Assembly (NCBI GenBank): GCA_946611635.1
Contig: CAMODW010000002.1
Coordinates: 2,726-66,725, forward strand
Length of the DNA stretch: 64,000 bases
Source of the DNA: an uncultured Bacillota bacterium
GTDB lineage: Bacteria > Bacillota_I > Bacilli_A > RF39 > UBA660
Direction of reading: 5' to 3'
Every line of letters starts with the position of its first letter. Within the stretch, counting starts at the first letter, position 1. The notes beneath the pieces were generated by a model that ran no database searches, was not told the DNA's origin, and was given only the letters and a program-made list of their open reading frames with translations. Shown here in pieces: positions 21,499 through 31,071 of the stretch. A program made the position numbers and the translations under genes.

Positions 21499-22506
21499 AT
21501 GGAACAAAATAAAATTAGAAAAAATTCTATTATAGTTTTATTTCTTACTATAATTATTTTATATTTTATACTTAAAGATAATTTGAGTGAAGTTATTCAT
21601 GATATTGGTAATACTAATTATTTTCTGTTATTAATAGCTCTTGGAGTTTATATGTTATCTTATGTTTTTGATGCGTTGTCTTATTATTATGTTGTAAAAC
21701 AATATAAAAAGGATTATGTTCCTAAAAAAGCTTTTAGACTTAATTTATTGACGCATTTTTTCAATGGTATTACACCTCTTGCTAGTGGTGGACAACCGAT
21801 GCAGTTGTATGTCTTACATAAAGATAAAGTTAAATATAGTGATGCTTCAACATCGGTTATACAGTTTTATGTTATTTATCAAATTGCTTTAATGATTATA
21901 AGTTCTATTTGTTTAGTATATAGTTTATTTTTAGGTTATATTGATGCTAGACCTTTTGCGTTACACATGTTTATTATTGGTTATATTATTAATATGATTA
22001 TTTTATTGTTTTTAATATTTGTTAGTTTTAATAAAAAATTTAATAAAGGTGTAGTTAGATTTATTATTAAATTTTTAAGTTCTTTAGGTATTGTTAAAGA
22101 TAAAGAGAAGACTATAGAAAAGTGGGATAAAAATTGTGAAGGTTTTTATGAATCTGCTCAATTGATGAAAGAGAATAAATTTGTCTTTGTTAGAGGAGTT
22201 ATTTTACAAATCTTACAATTAATATGTTTATTAAGTGTCCCTTTATTTGTAGCTTATGCGACGGGTGCTAATCATCAACTTAATATATTTAATACTATAG
22301 CTATATCTTCTTTTATAACTATATGTAGTTGTTACGTTCCTATTCCTGGAGCGACAGGTGGAGTTGAGTATGGATTTGGAGCTTTCTTTAGCAAATTTAT
22401 TGCAAAATCTGATATTAGAGTAGTTTTGATCTTATGGAGATTTATTACTTATTTTGTGCCTGTTATTATTGGCGGTATAGTATTTAATATAAAAGAGAAA
22501 GAATAG
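21499..22506 (+). CDS. UPF0104 / LPG-synthase-TM (flippase-like) family membrane protein
   Basis: Polytopic protein with the C-terminal motif PIPGATGGVEYGF (PxPGGxGxxE), characteristic of the flippase-like domain. Confidence 0.6.
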   Translation: MEQNKIRKNSIIVLFLTIIILYFILKDNLSEVIHDIGNTNYFLLLIALGVYMLSYVFDALSYYYVVKQYKKDYVPKKAFRLNLLTHFFNGITPLASGGQPMQLYVLHKDKVKYSDASTSVIQFYVIYQIALMIISSICLVYSLFLGYIDARPFALHMFIIGYIINMIILLFLIFVSFNKKFNKGVVRFIIKFLSSLGIVKDKEKTIEKWDKNCEGFYESAQLMKENKFVFVRGVILQILQLICLLSVPLFVAYATGANHQLNIFNTIAISSFITICSCYVPIPGATGGVEYGFGAFFSKFIAKSDIRVVLILWRFITYFVPVIIGGIVFNIKEKE

Positions 22507-22670
22507 TATTATAAAGTATTATTTATGAAGCAAACATTAATAACGAACAAAAAGTAATGTTTCAATATAATAATGTTTTATCTATAATTTTTATATAAAA
22601 TAAGTATAAATATAATTTTATATTTATTTTTTTATGTTATAATATATGAAGATAATAAAGAGGTGTTGCT

Positions 22671-24725
22671 ATGTTTGGTAAAATTAAATTTATCGCTGAA
22701 AATACTGCTCATGTTGAAACTACGGCATCAGCTGAACAAATGGGAGATTTGATGAATGTTCATGTTGTATTTGAAGCTCCAGATCAACTGATTTTAGGTG
22801 AAGTTGAAGAAGTAAATGATGGTATAATAAAAATTAGATTTTTAGGGGAATTCCATGATGGCAAATATGTGTCTGGTGTTATTAGGAAGCCTGTTATGTC
22901 TAGTACTATTAGAACTATTAATGATCAAGAATTAAGAGCTATTGTTGGAGTATATGATGAAACAACTTTTAAAGTTGGTACTAGTTCTATTTATAAAGGA
23001 TATGAAGTGTGTGCAGATATTAATAATTTGTTTGCTAATCATATGGCTGTATTTGGTAATACTGGTTCTGGTAAATCTTGTGGTGTAGCGAGAATAGTTC
23101 AAAATATTTTTGCTAATCCTAAACTAATATCTTTTAATGCTAATATATTTATTTTTGATGCTTATGGTGAGTATAAGACGGCTTTTGCAGAATTAGATAA
23201 ATATAATCCTAATTATTCTTATAAATTTATTACTACTAATTTACAAGAAGAAACAGATTATGAATTACATATTCCATTTCATTTATTAAATCTTGATGAT
23301 TTGACTATTATGTTACAAGCTGATAAACATAGTCAAATACCTATTTTAGAGAGAGCTTTAAAACTTACAAGAATATTTAGTAAAAATGATAAACAAGCTG
23401 AAGAATATAAAAATCATTTAATTGCTAAAGCTTTAATGGCTATTTTGTATAGTAACCAAATTACTGCAAATAAAAAGAATCAAATTTTTAAAGTTTTAGA
23501 GGTGTGTCATACTGCTGATTTTGATTTTGGTAGCACTATTCAAGGACTAGGTTATACTAGAACATTATCGGAATGTTTTGAAATAGATAGTAATGGTAAT
23601 TTTGGAGAATCTGTGTTAATTACTGAGTATATTTTAGGACATATAAATGAAGATTTAGAAATGATAGAAGAGCCTGTTAATGCTTTCTATTCTATGAAAG
23701 ATTATGCTCAAGCTCTTGAATTTACTTTAATAAGTGAAGGTTTTCAAGATAATGAGCAGTTATATGATGATTCTATGTTATTAAAGGTAAGATTACAAGC
23801 TATTATGAATAGTAAGATTGCTAATGTATATAAATCAGAACAATATATTTCTATGGATAATTATATTTCTAATTTAGTTATGAATAGAACAACTAAAGCT
23901 CAAGTAATTAATATTAATTTAGAAGATATTGATGATACGCAAGCTAAGATTATTGTTAAGATAATGGCTAGAATGTTCTTTGATTTTGCTAAATCAAGAA
24001 AACAAAGAGCTAAGATGCCTTTCCATTTATTTTTAGAAGAAGCTCATAGATATGTTATGAAAGATGCTGATGTATTTTTAATAGGATATAATATTTTTGA
24101 TCGTATTGCTAAAGAAGGACGTAAATATGGTGTTCTTTTAAATATTATTTCGCAAAGACCTGTTGAAATATCTGAAACTGTTATTGCACAGTGTAGTAAT
24201 TTCTTGATATTTAAGATGACTCATCCAAGAGATATTGAGTATATTAGAACTATGTTACCTAATATATCTGCTGATGTTATAGAAAAACAAAAGATTCTTC
24301 AACCAGGTAATTGTGTAGGATTTGGTGGTGCTTTTAAATTACCGATGGTTATAAAGATGGAAATGCCTAATCCAGCTCCTAATAGTAATTCTTGTGATGT
24401 AAATAATTGTTGGAAGTTACAAGATATGACTCAAGTAATTGGAGAGAGTAGTATAAATAGTAATGGTTCTAGTAGTAATACTCTTAATAATCCTGTAGCT
24501 AGTAATGAAAATATTGTAGTTAATAGTCCTGTTACAAATGTTGAAACTATTACTGAGGAAGAAGGTAATAATGAAGGAAGTAATGCTGGTGGAGTTCAAG
24601 ATGGGTTAGCGCCTAATAATTTCTTTCCGACTCCTTCTCCAGGAGTTCCTCCAGTTAATAATCAAAATTTAAATCCTTCTTTAGTTGGTTTAGCTCCGGT
24701 TGGTAGTGCAAATCAAGGAAGATAA
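22671..24725 (+). CDS. HerA/FtsK-like DUF87 P-loop ATPase with low-complexity C-terminal tail
   Basis: Walker A FGNTGSGKSCGV and Walker B HLFLEEAHRYV. The NIISQRPVEISETVIAQCSNFLIFKMTHPRD region is typical of HerA/DUF87. The last roughly 110 aa are an N/S/P/V-rich tail. Confidence 0.7.
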   Translation: MFGKIKFIAENTAHVETTASAEQMGDLMNVHVVFEAPDQLILGEVEEVNDGIIKIRFLGEFHDGKYVSGVIRKPVMSSTIRTINDQELRAIVGVYDETTFKVGTSSIYKGYEVCADINNLFANHMAVFGNTGSGKSCGVARIVQNIFANPKLISFNANIFIFDAYGEYKTAFAELDKYNPNYSYKFITTNLQEETDYELHIPFHLLNLDDLTIMLQADKHSQIPILERALKLTRIFSKNDKQAEEYKNHLIAKALMAILYSNQITANKKNQIFKVLEVCHTADFDFGSTIQGLGYTRTLSECFEIDSNGNFGESVLITEYILGHINEDLEMIEEPVNAFYSMKDYAQALEFTLISEGFQDNEQLYDDSMLLKVRLQAIMNSKIANVYKSEQYISMDNYISNLVMNRTTKAQVININLEDIDDTQAKIIVKIMARMFFDFAKSRKQRAKMPFHLFLEEAHRYVMKDADVFLIGYNIFDRIAKEGRKYGVLLNIISQRPVEISETVIAQCSNFLIFKMTHPRDIEYIRTMLPNISADVIEKQKILQPGNCVGFGGAFKLPMVIKMEMPNPAPNSNSCDVNNCWKLQDMTQVIGESSINSNGSSSNTLNNPVASNENIVVNSPVTNVETITEEEGNNEGSNAGGVQDGLAPNNFFPTPSPGVPPVNNQNLNPSLVGLAPVGSANQGR

Positions 24726-24757
24726 AGACATTAAAAAATATATATATTATCTAGGTG

Positions 24758-24786
24758 TTTACAAAATAAAATTTAGATGTTATAAT
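24758..24786 (+). promoter_or_regulatory. strong sigma-A promoter (TTTACA, 17 nt spacer, TGtTATAAT)
   Basis: -35 TTTACA at 24758-24763, exact 17-nt spacer, extended -10 TGTTATAAT at 24778-24786, with an AT-rich UP-like tract upstream. Confidence 0.6.
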
Positions 24787-24792
24787 CTAATT

Positions 24793-24940
24793 ACCTAAGT
24801 ATATGATTTACTTTAATAAAAACCGAGTAAGTGATTTATAAGGGAGTCTAATTAGCTTATTGTGTTGAAGACCTTGCTTATTAAGTGTAGGGATCCTAAT
24901 ATAAGTTATGTGACGCCCACCTGTGGAGAGCAGGTTTTTT
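24793..24940 (+). ncRNA. candidate ~145-nt structured leader / small RNA ending in an intrinsic terminator, upstream of tcdA
   Basis: Bounded by the promoter above and the hairpin CCTGTGGAGAGCAGG plus T6 at 24920-24940. A possible long-range helix GGGAGTC...GACGCCC closes the element. No ORF of 60 aa or more lies within it. The tcdA ATG is 50 nt downstream with no separate promoter visible. Confidence 0.4.
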
Positions 24941-24991
24941 ATCACATGTAAATCTATCTTAGGTTTTTTATTGTTTTGAAATGGTGATATT

Positions 24992-25660
24992 ATGTTTGAA
25001 AGGTCTTTACGTATCATATCTTTTGATCAATTAGTAAAAATTAAAAATTTGAATATTCTTATAGTAGGTTTAGGTGGAGTAGGGGGAGCGGCCTTTGAAG
25101 CTTTGGTTAGATCTGGAGTTGGGAAAATAACGGTTATAGATGCTGATGTTTTTGATTCTAGTAATCTTAATAGACAGTTATTATCAAACGTTAATAATAT
25201 AGGCCATAATAAGGTTTTAGAAGCTTCTATTAGAGCTAAAAGTATTAATCCTGATATTTTAGTTGACTCTAAGAAAATGTTTCTAGATGAGTCTAATATT
25301 AATGATATAGACTTTACTTTATATGATTATGTTTTAGATTGTTGTGATAGTGTTAATACTAAAGTATTACTTATTGAGAAATGTAAAGAGTATGATGTTA
25401 AATTAATTACTTCTATGGGTACCGGTAATAGACTTGATCCATCTAAATTAGTTATTACGGATATTTGGAAAACTAACTATGATCCTTTAGCTAAAAAAAT
25501 TAGGAGTATCTTGCGTAAAAAGAAGATAAATTATAAAATTAGAGTTGTAACAAGTACAGAAATACCTTGTAAACCTAAAGAGGGAGTTGGTTCTTTTGTA
25601 TTTGTTCCAAATTGTGCTGGATTTTTTATGGCAAGTTTTGTAATTAATGATATAATATAA
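24992..25660 (+). CDS. tcdA: tRNA threonylcarbamoyladenosine dehydratase (TcdA/CsdL), ThiF/MoeB family
   Basis: N-terminal Rossmann motif LIVGLGGVGGAAFEALVRSGVGKITVIDADVFDSSNLNRQ. 222 aa with no rhodanese domain, consistent with TcdA. Confidence 0.7.
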   Translation: MFERSLRIISFDQLVKIKNLNILIVGLGGVGGAAFEALVRSGVGKITVIDADVFDSSNLNRQLLSNVNNIGHNKVLEASIRAKSINPDILVDSKKMFLDESNINDIDFTLYDYVLDCCDSVNTKVLLIEKCKEYDVKLITSMGTGNRLDPSKLVITDIWKTNYDPLAKKIRSILRKKKINYKIRVVTSTEIPCKPKEGVGSFVFVPNCAGFFMASFVINDII

Positions 25661-25676
25661 ATAGGAATGGTGTTTT

Positions 25677-26015
25677 ATGGATGAAGAAAAGGTAGAGAAT
25701 AGTAATCTAGAAGAAATCATGAAAGATAGTACTTTAAATAATCCTGAACTAACTTTTTGTGAAAAAACCACTTATTTAGATTTTTTATTATCTAATGCAC
25801 AAACTGAAGAAGAAAAGGATGAAATAAAAAAGACTATTAATGATTTTTTAGAGATTTCAAAAGAAGATGAAACAGAAATTGTTTTAGAAGAAGCCCCTCA
25901 AGAAGATGATGATGTTGAAATAGAAAAAATTGAAAATATTGATACTCAAGATGTTTTTGATGATGAATCTATAGATGAAGAAGGAGAAGAAATTGATGGG
26001 GAATTAGAAGATTAA
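25677..26015 (+). CDS. hypothetical highly acidic protein (112 aa)
   Basis: E/D-rich sequence following tcdA. Confidence 0.4.
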   Translation: MDEEKVENSNLEEIMKDSTLNNPELTFCEKTTYLDFLLSNAQTEEEKDEIKKTINDFLEISKEDETEIVLEEAPQEDDDVEIEKIENIDTQDVFDDESIDEEGEEIDGELED

Positions 26016-26038
26016 AAAAATAGAATATTTTGAATATT

Positions 26039-27013
26039 CTATTTTTTATTTATTAGAAATTCTCCTAGTAAATTAGGATTTTTATTATTCATTACTATTT
26101 CATATATTAAATCAATTATAGGCATTTTTATTCTTTTCCTTTTTACTAGTTTATATATACTTTTTAGCGTGTAATAACCTTCTACCGTATTTTCGTTTAA
26201 ATAAGCAGCTATTTTCTTTTTGTCTCCAGTAGCTAGAACTCTACCAAAACTAAAGTTACGGCTTTTGGTAGATGTACAAGTAAGAAGTAAATCTCCAACT
26301 CCAGCGAATGATAGGATTGTTTTAGGATTTCCGCCAAGTTTTGATATTAATTCTTTTATATCATGAAGACTTTCAGTTATTAGAAAACTTCTTGTTGATT
26401 CTGGATATCCTAAACCATCTAATATACCTGATGCTACTGCTATAACATTTTTTATACTACCACATATTTGGATTCCAATTGGATCATTGCTTTCTCTTAA
26501 TTTTAATGTATCGTTTGATAATACCTCTTTTATTGTTTTTATTATATTTTTGTTTTTGCTTGCTATAGATAGACCAATAGGATTATTACTTAGCATATCT
26601 ACTGCAAAGGATGGACCACTTATATTTGCTATTTTTTTTGTTTTCAAGGTGTTGGAGGCTATATCGCTTAAGAATTCACATTTGTTATTATCTATACCTT
26701 TGGAGGCGATACATACTATTTGTTTTTTAGTTACTAAATCTTTAATATCTTGACATATTTTTCCTACATATGCTGCAGCAGGTACTAGGAATATTATTTC
26801 TGCATCTTTTATAGCTTCTTCGTAACTTGTAGTTAATTTTATATCTTTTGGTAAAGAATGATTTTCTATTATACCGGTTATACATCTTTCTTTGATATAA
26901 TTCTCATATTTTTCTTGAGATTCAGTCCACATTATAATATTTTTGTTTTTTTTGTATAATTGTTCGGCGATAGCAGAGCTATAAGCTCCTGTACCAATTA
27001 TTGCTATTTTCAT
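26039..27013 (-). CDS. gpsA: NAD(P)H-dependent glycerol-3-phosphate dehydrogenase (GpsA)
   Basis: N-terminal MKIAIIGTGAYSSAIA Rossmann motif. 324 aa. Confidence 0.9.
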   Translation of the reverse strand: MKIAIIGTGAYSSAIAEQLYKKNKNIIMWTESQEKYENYIKERCITGIIENHSLPKDIKLTTSYEEAIKDAEIIFLVPAAAYVGKICQDIKDLVTKKQIVCIASKGIDNNKCEFLSDIASNTLKTKKIANISGPSFAVDMLSNNPIGLSIASKNKNIIKTIKEVLSNDTLKLRESNDPIGIQICGSIKNVIAVASGILDGLGYPESTRSFLITESLHDIKELISKLGGNPKTILSFAGVGDLLLTCTSTKSRNFSFGRVLATGDKKKIAAYLNENTVEGYYTLKSIYKLVKRKRIKMPIIDLIYEIVMNNKNPNLLGEFLINKK

Positions 27014-28212
27014 ATTTTTTCTCCTATCATTTCATTATGTAGTTTATTTAAACTTTGTTCGTATTTATTATTTTTTGCTTTATAATATTTTTTATTTTTA
27101 ATTTTATCTGGTAAATATTGCTGTTTTACCCATGAATTGGGATAATCGTGAGGATATTTGTATAATGGTGAGTTGGTTTTTAAATGTATTGGTAAATTGC
27201 CCACGTTCCCTTTTTCGATATCTTCTATTGCTAAATCTAAAGCGATATGGGCACTATTGCTTTTTGGACTAAGCGCCATTTCAGTTACGATGGTACCAAG
27301 TGGAATTCTTGCTTCTGGTAGTCCAACTAGTTCTGCAGCATTAATAGCTGCCATTAGTTTTGGACCTAGGGAAGGATTTGCTAAACCGATGTCTTCATAT
27401 ACTATAACACTTAATCGCCTATATATATTATCTAAATCACCTGATATTATTAATCTTGCTAAATAATGTAACGAGGCATTAACATCTGAACCACGTATTG
27501 ATTTTTGAAGACCAGATAAAACGTCGTAATGGCCATCTTCATTAGCATCTGAAAAGAATATTGCTTTAGGATTAATATGTTCTATTATTTCGTTAGTTAT
27601 TATTTTGTCTTCTGTGCCATAATAAGCTATTTCTAAGAGGTTTATGGCGTTTCGAAGATCTCCTGATGATAGTTTGGCTATTAATTCTTTTGTTTCTTCA
27701 GTAATTTTTATATCTTTTAATAAGGGTAGAGCTCTATTAATACCTTGTATTATATCATTAATAGTTAATTCTTTTAGTTCAAATATTTGACATCTACTTC
27801 TTATTGCTGGATTTATTTTATGATATGGATTAGAGGTAGTCATACCAATTAGTGTAATTAAACCGTTTTCTATATAAGGTAATAATAAGTCTTGTTTATC
27901 TTTGTTCAGGCGATGTATTTCGTCCATTATTACAATCATTTCACCTTCCATTTTGGCTTCTTCTATTACTATATCAAAATCTTGTTTATTATTTATTGTT
28001 GCATTTAATAAACGAAAAGGTTTATTAATTGTGTTAGCTATAGCGGTAGCAATAGATGTTTTTCCTATTCCAGGTTTGCCATAGAGTATCATACTTACTA
28101 AATGATTATTATCTACTAAATTCCTTATTATTTTTCCAGGGCCTATTAGATGTGTTTGGCCGATTATTTCGTCTAGATTTTTTGGTCTAAGTTTATCAGC
28201 TAGTATTTCCAT
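27010..28212 (-). CDS. rarA: replication-associated recombination protein A (RarA/MgsA)
   Basis: Walker A GKPGIGKTS in AAA+ region, MgsA C-terminal domain. 400 aa. Confidence 0.9.
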   Translation of the reverse strand: MEILADKLRPKNLDEIIGQTHLIGPGKIIRNLVDNNHLVSMILYGKPGIGKTSIATAIANTINKPFRLLNATINNKQDFDIVIEEAKMEGEMIVIMDEIHRLNKDKQDLLLPYIENGLITLIGMTTSNPYHKINPAIRSRCQIFELKELTINDIIQGINRALPLLKDIKITEETKELIAKLSSGDLRNAINLLEIAYYGTEDKIITNEIIEHINPKAIFFSDANEDGHYDVLSGLQKSIRGSDVNASLHYLARLIISGDLDNIYRRLSVIVYEDIGLANPSLGPKLMAAINAAELVGLPEARIPLGTIVTEMALSPKSNSAHIALDLAIEDIEKGNVGNLPIHLKTNSPLYKYPHDYPNSWVKQQYLPDKIKNKKYYKAKNNKYEQSLNKLHNEMIGEKI

Positions 28213-28319
28213 TTGATCACCTCTAATAAATTACTTCTTAATTATATCATTATATCATGATATTATAATAGACTTTTATAAAAAAAAATATTATAATTCT
28301 TATAGGGTAGGGATGTATA

Positions 28320-29213
28320 ATGAATGCTGAATATACTCCAAATATTTATATTGAAAAGTATATAAGCTATTTACAATATGAGAGAGCTTTAAGTGATAAT
28401 ACAATAAAAAGTTATTTTTACGATTTAAAAAGATTCGATTTGTATTTTAAGGGTAATGTTCTTGATTTATCTTATGACGAATTGCAAAGATATTTATCTT
28501 CTGTAAAAGATCTAAAAGCAAGAAGTCTAGCTCATCATATTACTGTTCTTACTTCATTTTATAATTTTTTAGTTGATGAAAAAATTATTACTAATAATCC
28601 TTGTGAAAATATTATTAATGCTAAAATTCCTAAAAAATTACCTGTTTATTTAACAGAAGATGAAATTAATAGACTTTTGGATATTCCTCTTAATAATGAA
28701 TATGATTATAGGAATAAAGCTATGTTAGAGCTTTTATATGCAACTGGTCTTAGAATATCAGAGTTAATTAATTTAAAAGTAAATGATGTTGATTTTGATG
28801 AATGTATAGTAAGAGTATTTGGTAAGGGAAAAAAAGAGAGGATTGTACCTATTGCAGATGTTGCTCTTAAGTATTTATTTATATATTTAAATGAGTATCG
28901 TGCAATAATACTTGGTAATAGTTTATCGGATTATATGTTTATTAGTAATAGTAAAAAGAATATTTCTAGACAAGCTTTTTTTAAAATATTAAAAAAGGAA
29001 GCTAAAAGGTCTGGTATTGAGAAAATAGTTTCTCCACATGTTCTTAGACATTCTTTTGCTACTCATTTGTTAAGTCATGGAGCGAATTTAAGAGTTATTC
29101 AAGAACTACTTGGACATGAAGATATTTCAACTACAGAAATATATGCTCATTTAATTAATGAGAAATTAAAAGATGATTATACATATCATCCAAGGAATAA
29201 GAAAGGTGAATAA
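28320..29213 (+). CDS. xerD: tyrosine recombinase XerD
   Basis: NKAMLELLYATGLRISEL, VLRHSFATHLL and GHEDISTTEIYAHL catalytic-region motifs. 297 aa. Near-collinear with Bacillus XerD (RipX). Confidence 0.8.
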   Translation: MNAEYTPNIYIEKYISYLQYERALSDNTIKSYFYDLKRFDLYFKGNVLDLSYDELQRYLSSVKDLKARSLAHHITVLTSFYNFLVDEKIITNNPCENIINAKIPKKLPVYLTEDEINRLLDIPLNNEYDYRNKAMLELLYATGLRISELINLKVNDVDFDECIVRVFGKGKKERIVPIADVALKYLFIYLNEYRAIILGNSLSDYMFISNSKKNISRQAFFKILKKEAKRSGIEKIVSPHVLRHSFATHLLSHGANLRVIQELLGHEDISTTEIYAHLINEKLKDDYTYHPRNKKGE

Positions 29214-29847
29214 TATGAAAAAGAAAATAATTACATTTGTTTTAGTATTACTATTTGGAGTAGGGGCTTTTTTTATAGGAAAGAGTTATTATTATAATAA
29301 TTTATATAACTATTCTAGGGTTATAAATGAGTCATTAGAAAAGTATTATATATCTTCTAAAACGGAAGATTTGATGCCGATTGGTAAAACTATAGCTTTG
29401 TATAAAGAAAATGATGAGAAGAGGGGATTAATACAAGAAAAAGTATACAGTATATTTAATGATTGGGTTGTGTATTTAAATAATAAATACTTATGTGATA
29501 GTAATAATGTTAATTCATGTCGTTTATTATATAGTGAACTTGTAAATTTAAAAAATAGTATAGGTAAAGCTGCTGTTGCTGATGGAGAACAAATAATTGC
29601 AAGTTCAAAATATGATTTACTTATTACTGATATTGAATTGAAAATGGAAGAAATAAAAGATATTATTGATGATCCTTCTTCTGTAAGGCCAAGAAATTAT
29701 GAAGAATCAAGATTAGAAAAATGTAATAAAGTTGTAGAATGTCCTGATGAATGTCGTTATGCTTTATGTGAATGTACTTTTATTAATTCTCAAAACAAAA
29801 GAGAAACAGTATTATGTAAGAATAAAAAATTAGAAGAAAATAAATAG
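29212..29847 (+). CDS. hypothetical membrane-anchored protein with Cys-rich C-terminus
   Basis: Start moved to MKKKIITFVLVLLFG after GGTGAATAAT. Single N-terminal TM segment. C-terminal cluster CxxxxCxDECRYALCEC. Confidence 0.45.
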   Translation, partial: NMKKKIITFVLVLLFGVGAFFIGKSYYYNNLYNYSRVINESLEKYYISSKTEDLMPIGKTIALYKENDEKRGLIQEKVYSIFNDWVVYLNNKYLCDSNNVNSCRLLYSELVNLKNSIGKAAVADGEQIIASSKYDLLITDIELKMEEIKDIIDDPSSVRPRNYEESRLEKCNKVVECPDECRYALCECTFINSQNKRETVLCKNKKLEENK

Positions 29848-30082
29848 GGTATATATTAGTACTCTTTATTTTCTCTTTCTCTTCGGTTAACATAATATAT
29901 ATTATGCGAATAAAGAAATTTAGAAATAAATAATAGATATATTGGTAATTATCTAGTTTATTTCTTTTTTCTTTTTATATAATATATACTTTATTATTTA
30001 TATATTAATTAGAAATTAAATTTGATTTAGAATTTAAATTTAAAATTTAAATATTTATTTTTTAAAATTATTTTTATTTTTA

Positions 30083-30642
30083 AAAATTGGAAACGAATTT
30101 TGAAATAATGAATAATCTATCATTTGAGGTAGATGAAAATCGGCAATGAAATATAAAAAGATGGACAATTGCCCACCTCACTTCCCCTACTTTAAATCTA
30201 ATATAAATAGGGGGATTTGAAATCGGAAACGAGAATCAAATTAATGATCAGATTATCATCTTATTACTTATTTATTTATAATTATATTTTTAAAATCGGC
30301 ATCGAGATATGATTAGGTGATAATTTATACGTTTCGATTAATAATTAGTATTTTGTATATATTAAAATTATATATATAATTGGATATTACTCCCCTATTT
30401 CTTTATATATTAAAATAGGGGATTTGAAAATTGGAAACGAAATATAAAAAGATGAATAATTATATGTTTTGTTTTTGATTATAAATATATATTTTTTTCT
30501 TTATCTTAAATAAATCTTATAAATTTAGTTATTATTTATTTTAAATAAAAAGAGATGATATTAGTTATCATCTTTTATTGTTTGTCCTCCCCTATTTTTT
30601 AGTTAAAGTAGGGGATTCGTTTGAAAATAATTCGGAATATGA
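30083..30642. repeat. array of at least 5 degenerate ~45-bp units: G4/C4-clamped hairpin (CCCCTA...TAGGGG) plus ATTTGAAAATYGGAAACGARATAT
   Basis: Copies at 30083-30097 (partial), 30136-30170, 30184-30233, 30291-30311 (partial), 30392-30461 and 30589-30642. Additional GATGATA...TATCATC palindromes at 30246-30260 and 30554-30572. Non-coding except for the last copy. Confidence 0.7.
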
Positions 30643-31041
30643 TTTTCCCTTTTCTATTATTTCCTTTATTAAATCATCTTTTGTTTCAATTATAGATTGA
30701 TGTCTATATTTCTTTTTTAAGGCATTGCAGGTATTAATTATAATAGTAATTGCTGTATTTATAGCTTCTTTATAATCTTCAAGTATTCGGCTTTTATATA
30801 CAAAATTTGGTATTATAATTGGAATTTGGTCAGTATATTTCTTAACATATTCAGAACAATCAATTGCTCCATTAAGTGGTTCGTCTAGATTATCTTCCCA
30901 TTGATCTTCTAGATAAGTAAAATTATTATCTACTTCGTATATTATATTGGTGTAAAATACTTCTTCGCTACTTTCGTTTGTTGTTTTTACTTTGAATAGT
31001 ATTACGCTAAATTCACTATCTTTTTTAATTCCATATTCCAT
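30592..31041 (-). CDS. hypothetical protein (149 aa)
   Basis: AAGGAG ribosome-binding site. The 3' end of the gene is formed by one copy of the hairpin repeat. Confidence 0.4.
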   Translation of the reverse strand: MEYGIKKDSEFSVILFKVKTTNESSEEVFYTNIIYEVDNNFTYLEDQWEDNLDEPLNGAIDCSEYVKKYTDQIPIIIPNFVYKSRILEDYKEAINTAITIIINTCNALKKKYRHQSIIETKDDLIKEIIEKGKSYSELFSNESPTLTKK

Positions 31042-31071
31042 TTTATTTCTCCTTTATATAAAAAAAGGCTC

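Noticed and set aside
24793-24940. Assigning the tcdA leader to a known riboswitch class (TPP, purine, preQ1, SAM, glycine, ZTP, fluoride, c-di-GMP, T-box)
   Set aside because: None of the class-defining conserved nucleotides could be found by eye. Kept as an unclassified candidate leader/sRNA.
29848-30082. Chromosome dif site near xerD
   Set aside because: No 28-bp dif-like palindrome of the Firmicutes ACTTCCTAGAATATATATTATGTAAACT type could be recognised in the AT-rich spacer.
30083-30642. CRISPR array
   Set aside because: The repeats are degenerate and irregularly spaced, with no uniform repeat or spacer periodicity and no cas genes in the window. They fit a hairpin/MITE-like or operator array better.
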